Part shown: piece after piece, positions 28,165 through 37,098 of the stretch
Position numbering within the stretch: position 1 is the first letter of the stretch
Layout: the number at the start of each line of letters is the position of its first letter
From: a virus
Length of the DNA: 64,000 nt
Virus record (IMG/VR): IMGVR_UViG_3300021356_000002
Reading direction: 5' to 3' (one strand)
The notes under the pieces: generated by a model
What the model saw: the letters and a program-made list of their open reading frames with translations, nothing else
Told to the model about the DNA's origin: nothing
The model's database searches: none
Position numbers and translations under genes: made by a program

Positions 28165-30112
28165 CGCTTAAAATCTCGTCAACTGTTAGTGGTGCTTGAT
28201 TCAGTATGTCAGTAAACTTCGATGTCTTTCCAAAAACGTTTTCAACGTAGTTGATGACTTCAAAGCCAGGATCAACTTCTTCTTCGTCAATCTCGCTGTG
28301 ACCAACGATTTGACCACCAGGAAATACTGCATAAAATGCTCGACAAAAATGATCGAATGTGTTAAGCTGGCTACGGGTCAATGACTGCGAAGACAAAAAG
28401 TTTTCTGGGTTTGGTGTACCAGACGGCACATTGATTCCACCCACAAACACAACGCCTATACTTCTTTCGTCATGATTATTCGTTGGCGCATGTTGACCCT
28501 TAGTGTTGATCGGTCTCGCTCTTTGCAGTGATCCGTCTCGACGAATGACATAGTGGTAGCCAATTCCATCGAGTCCCAACTCCAAGTGGTATTTATTTAT
28601 TTCTTCTGAACCAATATTCTTGTCAGTGTGCGTTTCTGTCCAGTGAACAACTGCCTCAGTAATGTCGCGTTTAGCATAGCGAAGTTCTGCCTGCAATTCT
28701 TCAATCGAAGAAATGTATGGGAATCTAGGATCATCTTGCCCTTTGTTCCATTCTTTTTCGTAATTACCAATTACATAAGGTTCATTAAACACAGCGTCCT
28801 CAGGAGACACTCTGGTCGAATTTTCTATGGTAGTGTCAATTGTCTTTAAGAATTGGCGGATCGTGTCAACTGGTTTACCTGTCTTATCAAACAAGAGGCG
28901 AACAGCCTTTGAAATTTCGTCAGAACTGCCCTGCGACCAGTTGATAATGTTATTGACTTCTTCTGAACTTAATTTGCCATTTCCAAAATCACGAACCTGC
29001 TTCTTGACATCTGTAAGTGTTTCTGTACTAATACCTTGAATAACACCTGTCTCAGAACCTTTCGCAACACGTGTCTTCACAAGTGAGCGATATGCATCAC
29101 CCTTTGAAGTATAGTTTGCACGTGAACCCGAAGCTCCTTGTACGGAGTTTAAAACAGCTTCACCATCTTTACCGCCAGTAAGATTTTCGAAGTCAGACTT
29201 AGCGCCTTCTAGATTCTGCTTGATGTTCTTCGCATCAGTAAATGAGTTTGACAGGTCTGCAATAGGATTGGTCTTGTTCTTGAGAATGCCTGTATTAAAC
29301 TCAGAACTGTCTGTGTTGCCTGCCGTAATTCTAGACGATACTTCATTGACGGTGTTGTATATCAATTCGCCAGCACCATCAGAATCAATACTAGTAATCT
29401 TTTGTACCGTAGTGTTTAGATTAGAAATATTTGAAAGAGTATCACCGACAGCCGTTTCTAATTCATCGGTTACACTCGTGATAGCATTACTTGCAAAATC
29501 TTTAATACCTTGTGCAGAAAATGCGCCCATCTTTCCATCTAATAAATCTTTACCTGCATCAAGAATGCCTTGAGGACTACCTTCTACAATCGCTTTCTGT
29601 AGATTACCTGCGTCAACGCCCAAGCCCGTGATCAACTGTAGCACTGCGGCTACTGTGCCTGAAATGCCGCCCTCTGCATCGAGCGATGCTTCGATAGGAA
29701 ATACAATGCCGTTTGAATCTGGTTCGCTGAATGTGACTTCGACCTTAGATGCAAACTTAGAAGCAAGATTAGAAATGGCTTCTTCAACCATTTCAGTTCC
29801 CATGTTCTCAAGGCTTTCAATTCCGTCGTCGAGCAAGCCTTCTACAGTGCCAGCAGGATCGTTCAGTTTATCCTGAAACTTATCAAATTTTGACGAAAGG
29901 CTTTGAATGCCGCCTTCTACTTGTCCAGCAATACTGCCCGCAGTAGTTTCTAAAGAATTTGTGAGATCATTTGCCGCTTGAGTCGCAGTCGATTCCAACT
30001 GTGATGTGTCAATCGATGACGCAGTGTTTGCTACTTCATCCGCTAACTGTTCTTTCGCCGTCTTTGCGGCTTGTTTGACAAGCGTTTGACCCGCTTCTAT
30101 TTTAGATACCAT
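28154..30112 (-). CDS. Long helical protein with C-terminal N-acetylmuramoyl-L-alanine amidase (T7-lysozyme/Amidase_2 type)
   Basis: VVHWT, GIGYHYVIRRDG, GQHA, SIGVVFVGG, GHSE...DPGF (His/His/Asp zinc ligands). Confidence 0.85.
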   Translation of the reverse strand: MVSKIEAGQTLVKQAAKTAKEQLADEVANTASSIDTSQLESTATQAANDLTNSLETTAGSIAGQVEGGIQSLSSKFDKFQDKLNDPAGTVEGLLDDGIESLENMGTEMVEEAISNLASKFASKVEVTFSEPDSNGIVFPIEASLDAEGGISGTVAAVLQLITGLGVDAGNLQKAIVEGSPQGILDAGKDLLDGKMGAFSAQGIKDFASNAITSVTDELETAVGDTLSNISNLNTTVQKITSIDSDGAGELIYNTVNEVSSRITAGNTDSSEFNTGILKNKTNPIADLSNSFTDAKNIKQNLEGAKSDFENLTGGKDGEAVLNSVQGASGSRANYTSKGDAYRSLVKTRVAKGSETGVIQGISTETLTDVKKQVRDFGNGKLSSEEVNNIINWSQGSSDEISKAVRLLFDKTGKPVDTIRQFLKTIDTTIENSTRVSPEDAVFNEPYVIGNYEKEWNKGQDDPRFPYISSIEELQAELRYAKRDITEAVVHWTETHTDKNIGSEEINKYHLELGLDGIGYHYVIRRDGSLQRARPINTKGQHAPTNNHDERSIGVVFVGGINVPSGTPNPENFLSSQSLTRSQLNTFDHFCRAFYAVFPGGQIVGHSEIDEEEVDPGFEVINYVENVFGKTSKFTDILNQAPLTVDEILSDDE

Positions 30113-30981
30113 TATGAAAAGACCTCATCGTACGCTCTCTGTGCGAGCCTATCAGTTTGATTAGTTCCTTTGATATAGTCGCGATTAATAATAGCACTCG
30201 CATCTTTAATATTTGTGGTCACAATTAATTTGCTGTTTGCGAGATTGAATCTTGTTCTCAGTTCATACAGAACGAATTGTAACTGTAAAGAAAATAGTCT
30301 CCAGTCTGAGCTAGGAGAAAACTTAACAGCAAAGTTCAATAGATCAGCAAATCGACTACCGACTTCTGTAGTGTTCTTCCATTTTACAATTCCAACGGTG
30401 GCAGATGTAGTATCGTCATCGTACGTTACAAAAGATGACTTACCCTCAATTGCGCCCGTAATAGCCGCGGCATGTATAATCTCGTAGCCGTTGTCAATAA
30501 AAAACTTCATACACTGTTGACGGCGAAGACCGACACCAACGTCATCTTCACGATCATCTTTTAAAGGTGTTGTGACAACATTCTGAAGTCTTTCTTGGTT
30601 ATATTCGAACTTGTCTTCGAACGAAATACTACGACCGCTTTGTATAGCAGTAGGAAATTCAACACGAGGCACAGAACCCAACACTAAAGGAATCTGCGAA
30701 GAGCAACCGTCAAGAAAAACACCAAACACAAATGCGCCAGACGTTAGTTGAGGAATACGACCAATGCCAGATGAGCCGCCTTCGGTTGTCGGTAACAAGA
30801 CTTGTGCCCATGGCAGATCGCGCTCTGGTATTTCGTCTGTGACGGGATTGTGCACTCCGTAGATACGCACTTTCACGCGCCCTTCAAGACCTGCTGGCGG
30901 ATGAGAGTTTACTACCGTACCGAAGAACCAGCGATAGTCATCACCGTAATACTCTTTTTGTATGGGTCTTAGTACATTCAT
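30112..30981 (-). CDS. gp5: gp5 N-terminal OB-fold fused to a degenerate phage tail-lysozyme-like domain
   Basis: WFFGTVV...GRVKVRIYGVH...DLPWAQVLLPT...FVFGVFLDG..QIPLVLGS; C-terminal AAAITGAIEGKS...GIVKW...QLQFVLYEL. Confidence 0.8.
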   Translation of the reverse strand: MNVLRPIQKEYYGDDYRWFFGTVVNSHPPAGLEGRVKVRIYGVHNPVTDEIPERDLPWAQVLLPTTEGGSSGIGRIPQLTSGAFVFGVFLDGCSSQIPLVLGSVPRVEFPTAIQSGRSISFEDKFEYNQERLQNVVTTPLKDDREDDVGVGLRRQQCMKFFIDNGYEIIHAAAITGAIEGKSSFVTYDDDTTSATVGIVKWKNTTEVGSRFADLLNFAVKFSPSSDWRLFSLQLQFVLYELRTRFNLANSKLIVTTNIKDASAIINRDYIKGTNQTDRLAQRAYDEVFS

Positions 30982-32342
30982 AGTTTAAAGTTCCGAGGCA
31001 GATCGCCCAACTTAGTCAGTCGTAATACTGAAGTGTGCTTTTCGCTCACCAACTTATGATTTATAGCCAGTATTAAATAGTCACCAGATTTTCTCTTGTC
31101 GATTTGCTTCAGCGTGTCTTTGTCATCTCCCTCAACGTTTGAGTTGAGGAACAGTATTCGTATCTTTTTGCCGACTGGCACAGTTCCCTGGAAGAAAAGA
31201 GAGCCATTCATTCCAATATCAATGATATTCTTTTTCAGAATCATTCGAATGATCTTGTTCTTCACCTTCAGGCGCGACTCTATGATGGTGTTGTTGTCAT
31301 CAAGAATCGAAGTTTCGTCATGATAACTCTTAAACTGATTGTATGTGCCGCTAGAGAATATTTGGTGTATGTGTAACGAGTTGTATTCGTCAGATAACTT
31401 ACCGTTAATTTCTAAAGACGGATCAAAGATGCTCTGTATCGTATCTGGCGAAATGGTCTCTGTAGAATAAAATTCGTCAACGATGTCTCTGATTGTTACA
31501 TGGCTGCCTACCACAACGCCTGTGCCTGCGTCGATGTTTGCATAGTACGATCCTATTGCACCATTCTCGTACATGGCTTGCGCGTTCTCAGAACCAGCTT
31601 CACGGAATGACATGATTTCATAATAAGGTCGTAGATTATCATCTGTGTCTGGTGCTGAGTTAATTGCCGCACTGTATCGCAAAGGCAGTTTGTCGTTAAT
31701 TACATCCTCTTTTAGCAGACTGTCTAGATCAGACAGAATGAGACGATCAGCATACAAAGATGCGTACAGAAAGATCGGCGAGCCTGTGCGAGTCGTAGCA
31801 CGGTCACGAATCCATTGAATCGCTTCTAGTGGACTCATGTAGGGCACTAGTATTTTTCGAATGCCTTGAATTGATCCTTCGAAGAATTGCGGCGTAACTT
31901 CTTTGCCTAACTCATTGTCAGCAATTGTTCCAATAATGTTTTCAAGAGTGTCTGTGTACGATCGGCTAAACTGTTTGATCGAGTCAACGTAGAGATGTTC
32001 TTCGACCAGATTGATCGAAAGCATCTCTGATCTTTCATTCATCTTTTTCGTATCAACGATCTGAGAGAAGAAGAAATACTTTATGACAATAGGCTCTTCT
32101 GGTTTTTCTGCATCACCTAAAACCAGCTTGAGTCTTTCTGTGCCTTGAATCGACAGAGTGTCTTTTAAGCCAAAGTCATCGATCAAAACAACATGACCAT
32201 CGACATATGGCTTATACAGATTTTCATAAAAATTCAGTTCAAGGATATTACCACGAACGTCAACAACCTTATCTTCGTCTTTGACTGACGAAAGAATGAT
32301 TGACGCTTCTAGTAGACCGAACTGAGATTGATTTTGAGCCAT
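30978..32342 (-). CDS. Baseplate hub protein (gp27-like)
   Basis: LNFYENL.KPYVDG...IQGTERL and C-terminal DKRKSGDYLILAINH; lies between gp53 and gp5. Confidence 0.65.
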   Translation of the reverse strand: MAQNQSQFGLLEASIILSSVKDEDKVVDVRGNILELNFYENLYKPYVDGHVVLIDDFGLKDTLSIQGTERLKLVLGDAEKPEEPIVIKYFFFSQIVDTKKMNERSEMLSINLVEEHLYVDSIKQFSRSYTDTLENIIGTIADNELGKEVTPQFFEGSIQGIRKILVPYMSPLEAIQWIRDRATTRTGSPIFLYASLYADRLILSDLDSLLKEDVINDKLPLRYSAAINSAPDTDDNLRPYYEIMSFREAGSENAQAMYENGAIGSYYANIDAGTGVVVGSHVTIRDIVDEFYSTETISPDTIQSIFDPSLEINGKLSDEYNSLHIHQIFSSGTYNQFKSYHDETSILDDNNTIIESRLKVKNKIIRMILKKNIIDIGMNGSLFFQGTVPVGKKIRILFLNSNVEGDDKDTLKQIDKRKSGDYLILAINHKLVSEKHTSVLRLTKLGDLPRNFKL

Positions 32343-33097
32343 TAAACCCTCTCAAGCAATCGCTTAAATTCGCCCACTACTTTTTCGATGTACTCTTTTT
32401 TAATTACACGAATTTTTCTTGCTTCGGTGTTCTGTTGCTCAAGAAACTCAAGATTGGTAATAGGTATTTTTCCTAGACCTCCTACAGCGGAATCGGTCTG
32501 ATAGAAGAAGTCAACCCAATTTTCTGAATCGTCTTCGTAGTGATGAATGCCTTGATACTCATATGCAATACCGCTCAAGGCATATAGATTTGTTCCGTCA
32601 GCATATGTTACGGCGCTTTTACCTGTGATATCACTGTCCGAAGAAATAGTCATTTCGCCTAGATCGACGTTCTTTCGAACAACAACGCCTTGACTGCCTT
32701 GCACTAACACGTCCTGTCCAACAGGATATAATTTTGCAAACGTTCTTGCATCTGCACTATCTCTTTCTTGAAACCCAAGCTTGGCTGTATAGTTCGGAAA
32801 AAGAGTGTTCTGAGCATATTCATAAAGTTGCTTCGTGTCTTTTGGCCAGCCAGTTTCACGAAGTCTTTCATTCATCAAAAAGAATGTCCAATCATACTCA
32901 CTCTTGCCGTACAATTTATATGACAGCGTGTCTGGTCTATCTCCGTCCCGAATCTCATACTCGATGTATGCGCCTTGATCGTCGCGAATCGTATCAATCA
33001 ACTCAACATATTGCGTCAACTTCTGAAAGAGTACGGGCTCTTCTTCATCACCAAATAAGTAGAGTACTTTCGGAAAATTTTCAAAGTAATTCGACAT
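32342..33097 (-). CDS. gp53: Baseplate wedge subunit gp53
   Basis: MSNYFENFP, YEIRDGDRPDTLSYKLYG..YDW, WP, HHYE, TNLEFLEQQN..RKIRVIK. Confidence 0.92.
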   Translation of the reverse strand: MSNYFENFPKVLYLFGDEEEPVLFQKLTQYVELIDTIRDDQGAYIEYEIRDGDRPDTLSYKLYGKSEYDWTFFLMNERLRETGWPKDTKQLYEYAQNTLFPNYTAKLGFQERDSADARTFAKLYPVGQDVLVQGSQGVVVRKNVDLGEMTISSDSDITGKSAVTYADGTNLYALSGIAYEYQGIHHYEDDSENWVDFFYQTDSAVGGLGKIPITNLEFLEQQNTEARKIRVIKKEYIEKVVGEFKRLLERV

Positions 33098-34395
33098 TAG
33101 TAACCTTCCCTAACCTTCGCTTTATCGAGCGCAACAATCTCTTGAAACGACAGCGAGATATCGACTTCGATGAATTGACCATCAGTGTGCATACCAGCCG
33201 CAGTAGCATTGAAAGAAGTCTGAATATCTCTCAAGTAACATCTCTGTATTTTAAACGCGGGATTTTCGCCAAATCGATTCTTGATGTCGATCTCAAACAT
33301 ATTAGGAAATTTGTAGCCAAGAGGCACGCCAGATTCACCAAGCGGAATCTTTTCAGGATATAACTCTTGTCGAAAGAACTTGACGATGTTTTTAATTTCT
33401 CGGGCTTCCTGTTCGTTGTTCGCAATCATTTTGAAAGCAAAAGCAAAGTTTCGAATGTTGACCTGAGAGAACAGTGTTCTTTGATTAGGCGCAGTGGCGA
33501 TACGTGTCGCACTTCGTACAGCGGGCGACATTCCATCGAATGTATTACCCGCAACAGACGTACCCAGAATAGCACCGGGTCCTCGTCCAACAGCGGCACC
33601 GATCGCCGCACCTGTCGCTTCACCCACACCTTTCGCAATCGCTTGCGCGGCAAGGGCAGATGCAGTCGTAAGAAATTGTCCCTGCTGTGTCGCACCCGTA
33701 AATGGATTCTGCCCTTCTAAAGCACCTTCTAGCGCACCGCCAATCGTGCCTAAGTTCGCAGTCTCGTATTGAGCCGCATCAGAAAATCTTAAGTCTCGAG
33801 GCAAGGGAAGAGTTACTTGACCAACTGTCTCACCACCACCACTATTCTCATATGACATTAAAGATTGTTCTACTTCTTTTTCTGCTTGAGCAATGTCTTG
33901 TTTTGTTTCTGCATCGACTCCTTCGTCAGCCACTGAAGCGGTTGCGCTTTCGTCATTTCTTCCCTGTGCTAATGTTTTTCCAACAGCGGCGGCGCCCTCA
34001 CCAACAATACCAGTAGCAAGACCCGCACCAATACTGCCAGCAGTCAAGCCAAGTGGAGTCGCGTTGTATGCCGCACTGCCAATTCCTTTGAGCAGAGATG
34101 AGAATCCGCTACCAATCTTTTCTGCAAGATCAACACCATCAACTTTGATTGCTTTGAAAATAATACGAGCAGGATAGTTTGCAGAGAGAGTTAACGGATA
34201 TCTGTATTTTCTGCTTGCTTCTAAGGCTTCAACTGAGGGATCAGTTGCCTGTTCATTTTCATTATCGGGCAAGGTTTCTTCTGCAAGAACAGTAGTTTCG
34301 CCTGCTGTATTAGGCTCTGCAACGCCAGCCGCTTGACGTATTTGCTCAGGTGTTAGCTTGTCACCTACTTTAACGTCATAAATATTTTCTGCCAT
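33097..34395 (-). CDS. gp48: Baseplate tail-tube cap gp48
   Basis: YRYPL, LPLP..L.FSD..QY, PNQRTLF..VNIRNFAFAFKM...EAREIKNIVKFFR..YP; probable start MAENIY. Confidence 0.8.
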   Translation of the reverse strand: MAENIYDVKVGDKLTPEQIRQAAGVAEPNTAGETTVLAEETLPDNENEQATDPSVEALEASRKYRYPLTLSANYPARIIFKAIKVDGVDLAEKIGSGFSSLLKGIGSAAYNATPLGLTAGSIGAGLATGIVGEGAAAVGKTLAQGRNDESATASVADEGVDAETKQDIAQAEKEVEQSLMSYENSGGGETVGQVTLPLPRDLRFSDAAQYETANLGTIGGALEGALEGQNPFTGATQQGQFLTTASALAAQAIAKGVGEATGAAIGAAVGRGPGAILGTSVAGNTFDGMSPAVRSATRIATAPNQRTLFSQVNIRNFAFAFKMIANNEQEAREIKNIVKFFRQELYPEKIPLGESGVPLGYKFPNMFEIDIKNRFGENPAFKIQRCYLRDIQTSFNATAAGMHTDGQFIEVDISLSFQEIVALDKAKVREGY

Positions 34396-34405
34396 TTGAA
34401 ACACT

Positions 34406-34441
34406 CTAAATAATGGGTGAGTTGTTGTTCATCTATTTATA
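34406..34441. promoter_or_regulatory. Divergent late promoters between gp48 and gp4
   Basis: TATAAATA on minus strand at 34434-34441; variant CTAAATA on plus strand at 34406-34412. Confidence 0.7.
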
Positions 34442-34449
34442 GAGTTTTT

Positions 34450-34935
34450 ATGGCATATAAAGGAAAGTATCGAGTTAAAAACCCCACAAAGTATCATGGC
34501 GATCACACGAACGTAGTGTATAGATCATTGTGGGAAAAACATGCGTTCAAGTGGTGCGACGATAACTCTGAAGTAGTAAAATGGTCAAGTGAAGAAACCA
34601 TCATACCTTATCTATATGAAGTTGACAAGAAGATTCATAGGTACTTTGTGGATCTAAAGATAGTCTATAAATCGGGGCGAACGATCATTGTGGAGATAAA
34701 GCCCGAAAAAGAAACGAATCCACCTGTCGGCAATCGTCGAACCAAACGTTACATCACCGAAGGCTACACTTATATTAAGAACATGAATAAGTGGGAAGCG
34801 GCGAATGAGTACGCCAAAGATCGAGGTTGGGAATTTCAAATCTGGACAGAAAAGACTCTTCAGGCTATGGGAATTATGCCTAAAGCATTGAAGCCTCTCA
34901 AACCTTACACGAGGAGAAAAAAGACGTATAAATAG
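34450..34935 (+). CDS. gp4: Head completion nuclease gp4
   Basis: MAYKGKY..KNP.KY.GD..NVVYRSLWE, WSSEE, HRYFVD, EIKP, KWEAA; the ATG at 34450 fits better than 34417. Confidence 0.92.
   Translation: MAYKGKYRVKNPTKYHGDHTNVVYRSLWEKHAFKWCDDNSEVVKWSSEETIIPYLYEVDKKIHRYFVDLKIVYKSGRTIIVEIKPEKETNPPVGNRRTKRYITEGYTYIKNMNKWEAANEYAKDRGWEFQIWTEKTLQAMGIMPKALKPLKPYTRRKKTYK
34927..34934 (+). promoter_or_regulatory. T4-type late promoter TATAAATA
   Basis: Exact match immediately upstream of gp2. Confidence 0.7.
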
Positions 34936-34939
34936 ACGC

Positions 34940-35530
34940 ATGAGTAATCTATTTCAGACAGTAGAGCAAGAAGCGTTTCGTGCGGGCATTCAGCCACGTA
35001 CCAGAGAATCACGTGCGTGGTTTAGGCGTAAAGTGCAGAACATGCGTAACATCAATCGACGCGAGTTGATGCGAGAAGATCCTATACAGTCAAAAGCAAA
35101 GTCTGTGTCGGGTTCGATGTACATGTTTTTCTATGACGCAAAGCACAGACAGACGCTTCCATATTGGGATTCGTTTCCTTTGATCATTGCAGTGGGACCA
35201 GCAGAAAAAGGTTTTTATGGTATGAACCTTCACTACCTGCCTATCCCGCTTCGTGCTAAGTTTCTCGATGCTCTCATGGACATTACGAACAACAGTAAGT
35301 ATGATGAAACGACCAAGTTCGAAGTGTCATACGAATATTTGAATCGAGCCGCGAAGTTTAAATACTTCAAGCCATGTTTCAAGCACTACTTGACAACTCA
35401 AGTTGAAGGTAAGTTAGCCTACGTTCCACCACCTGAGTGGGAGATTGCGACATTCTTACCCGTTGCGCAATGGAATAAGAGTTCTGCTGGTCAAGTCTAC
35501 AAAGATTCACGGAGAATAATGAATGCTTAA
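34940..35530 (+). CDS. gp2: DNA end protector gp2
   Basis: GSMYMFFYDAKH..TLPYWD.FPL, G.NLHYLP, FKPCFKHYL. Confidence 0.92.
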   Translation: MSNLFQTVEQEAFRAGIQPRTRESRAWFRRKVQNMRNINRRELMREDPIQSKAKSVSGSMYMFFYDAKHRQTLPYWDSFPLIIAVGPAEKGFYGMNLHYLPIPLRAKFLDALMDITNNSKYDETTKFEVSYEYLNRAAKFKYFKPCFKHYLTTQVEGKLAYVPPPEWEIATFLPVAQWNKSSAGQVYKDSRRIMNA

Positions 35531-36206
35531 GTCAGGATCAGTTGAAGAACTAAAGGGTGTTGTCACGGGCGGCAGAGGCTTTGCCCGTACGAATCTGTAT
35601 TATGTCTATTTACCGACGTTGACTCCAAAGCAAGGCACTTACGATTTTGGTGTTTTGTGTAGTAGCGTAACGTTGCCTGCGCGTCAGTTGTCAAGTATCG
35701 AGCGAGTACTAGGTCCTACACAGCAATCCGTTGTTCACGGATTCGTAAACCCTAACGTCACAATGTCGTTTCGTATTCTAAACAATCAGAAAACACGAGA
35801 CTACTTCGAAGGCTGGCAAGCACTGGCTATGCAACAATACGATGACATTGAAGGACGCTTTGAAGTCAACTATCCAGATCGATATGCCAAGAACGTTCAG
35901 ATCCATCAATTAGAGAAAGGCGTCAGTTATCCAATCCTCGACAGAAATGTCGAACTTGGTCCCGTCAATCTAAACTTTGATCTCGATCTTGGCACACCTC
36001 TTGAAAAAACATACACGTGGACATTAGATCGTGCCTATCCTGTAAGTGTCACGTACGAAACATTATCAGACCAATCTCAGAATGAGATTAGTCAGGTGAA
36101 CGTAGAATTTGCTTATCACTACTGGTACGGTGAAAGCAGAGATCCGAAGAATAAAATTCAGAAAGCAATCACTGGAGTTTTAGGAACAATCGGCGCAAAT
36201 ATTTAA
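35523..36206 (+). CDS. gp54: Tail-tube initiator gp54 / gp19-like protein
   Basis: GFARTNLY, LCSSVTLPAR, YFEGWQ, AYP.SV, VEFAYHYW. Confidence 0.7.
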   Translation: MLKSGSVEELKGVVTGGRGFARTNLYYVYLPTLTPKQGTYDFGVLCSSVTLPARQLSSIERVLGPTQQSVVHGFVNPNVTMSFRILNNQKTRDYFEGWQALAMQQYDDIEGRFEVNYPDRYAKNVQIHQLEKGVSYPILDRNVELGPVNLNFDLDLGTPLEKTYTWTLDRAYPVSVTYETLSDQSQNEISQVNVEFAYHYWYGESRDPKNKIQKAITGVLGTIGANI

Positions 36207-36220
36207 TGGAGAATTAAATC

Positions 36221-36913
36221 ATGGCATTACCCGTATTGAATGATACACCCAAGTACGAGTTGGAGATTCCTTCTACAGGACGACCCATCAAGTTTCGACC
36301 GTACCTGGTCAAAGAAGAAAAAGTTCTAATGATGGCGGCTGAGACGCAAGATGGTACTCAGATGATGAACGCTATTTTAGACACCATCAAAGCCTGTGTT
36401 CAAGGCGACTGCAAAGTCGAAGAGTTGACCACATTTGATCTAGAGTACTTGTTCATCAAGTTGAGATCGAAGTCTGTGGGTGAAACGTCTAACATCATGC
36501 TAGCCTGTAAGTCCTGCGAAGCACAAAACGAGCATACGATCAATCTAGAAGAGATCGAGTGTGTTGGATCAGGCTCAGAGAAATTCATCGAACTTGACGA
36601 TAAAGTCACGGTCGAAATGAAGTATCCGGGCTACAAAGACTTAGACATTAATGCTGACGATGATGAGATGGGATTCAACGTACTTGCAAATAGTCTTAAG
36701 GCTGTCTTGGTCGGTGATGAACGGATCGAGATCGAAGATGAAACGCCTGAAAACGTTCGTGCTTTTCTGGAGTCTATGACAAAGGATCAGTTCGAAAGAA
36801 TCGGTGAGTTTTTGCTGAAGATGCCGCAGGTCAAGCACGATGTCGTATACGATTGTGTGAAGTGTGGTGAGACCAATACAACAGAACTAAGAGGAATCCA
36901 AAGTTTTTTCTGA
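36221..36913 (+). CDS. gp26: Baseplate hub assembly protein gp26
   Basis: MALP...PKYEL.IPSTG..IKFRPYLVKEEKVL, FDLEYLFIKLRSKSVGE, two CxxC, ends GIQSFF. Confidence 0.9.
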   Translation: MALPVLNDTPKYELEIPSTGRPIKFRPYLVKEEKVLMMAAETQDGTQMMNAILDTIKACVQGDCKVEELTTFDLEYLFIKLRSKSVGETSNIMLACKSCEAQNEHTINLEEIECVGSGSEKFIELDDKVTVEMKYPGYKDLDINADDDEMGFNVLANSLKAVLVGDERIEIEDETPENVRAFLESMTKDQFERIGEFLLKMPQVKHDVVYDCVKCGETNTTELRGIQSFF

Positions 36914-37098
36914 TATGCCTCTCTCACGATGACTTAGCAAATTTTTTCAAAACAAACTTTTTGCTACAAAGGCATCATAAATACACATTGACTGAGATAG
37001 AAATGATGATGCCGTGGGAGAGGGAAGTACACATAATCCTACTGCTTCAGGCATTAGAAGAAGAAAAACAAGCACGAGAGCAAGCACAAAATGGCTAG
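36904..37098 (+). CDS. gp51: gp51-like baseplate assembly ORF absent from the ORF track; no canonical start, likely reached by -1 frameshift from gp26
   Basis: Hand translation FFLICLSHDDLANFFKTNFLLQRHHKYTLTEIEMMMPWEREVHIILLLQALEEEK...NG*; matches the gp51 motif; in the -1 frame relative to gp26. Confidence 0.8.
   Translation, partial: FFLICLSHDDLANFFKTNFLLQRHHKYTLTEIEMMMPWEREVHIILLLQALEEEKQAREQAQNG

Noticed and set aside
157-33772. Many plus-strand and alternate-frame ORFs in the track (e.g. 26020-26622, 32734-33363, 11499-11999, 14232-14774)
   Set aside because: They overlap well-supported genes, lack recognisable motifs and are expected shadow ORFs
36915-36932. ATG at 36915 as the gp51 start
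   Set aside because: It is out of frame with the gp51-like sequence and stops after five codons (ATG CCT CTC TCA CGA TGA)
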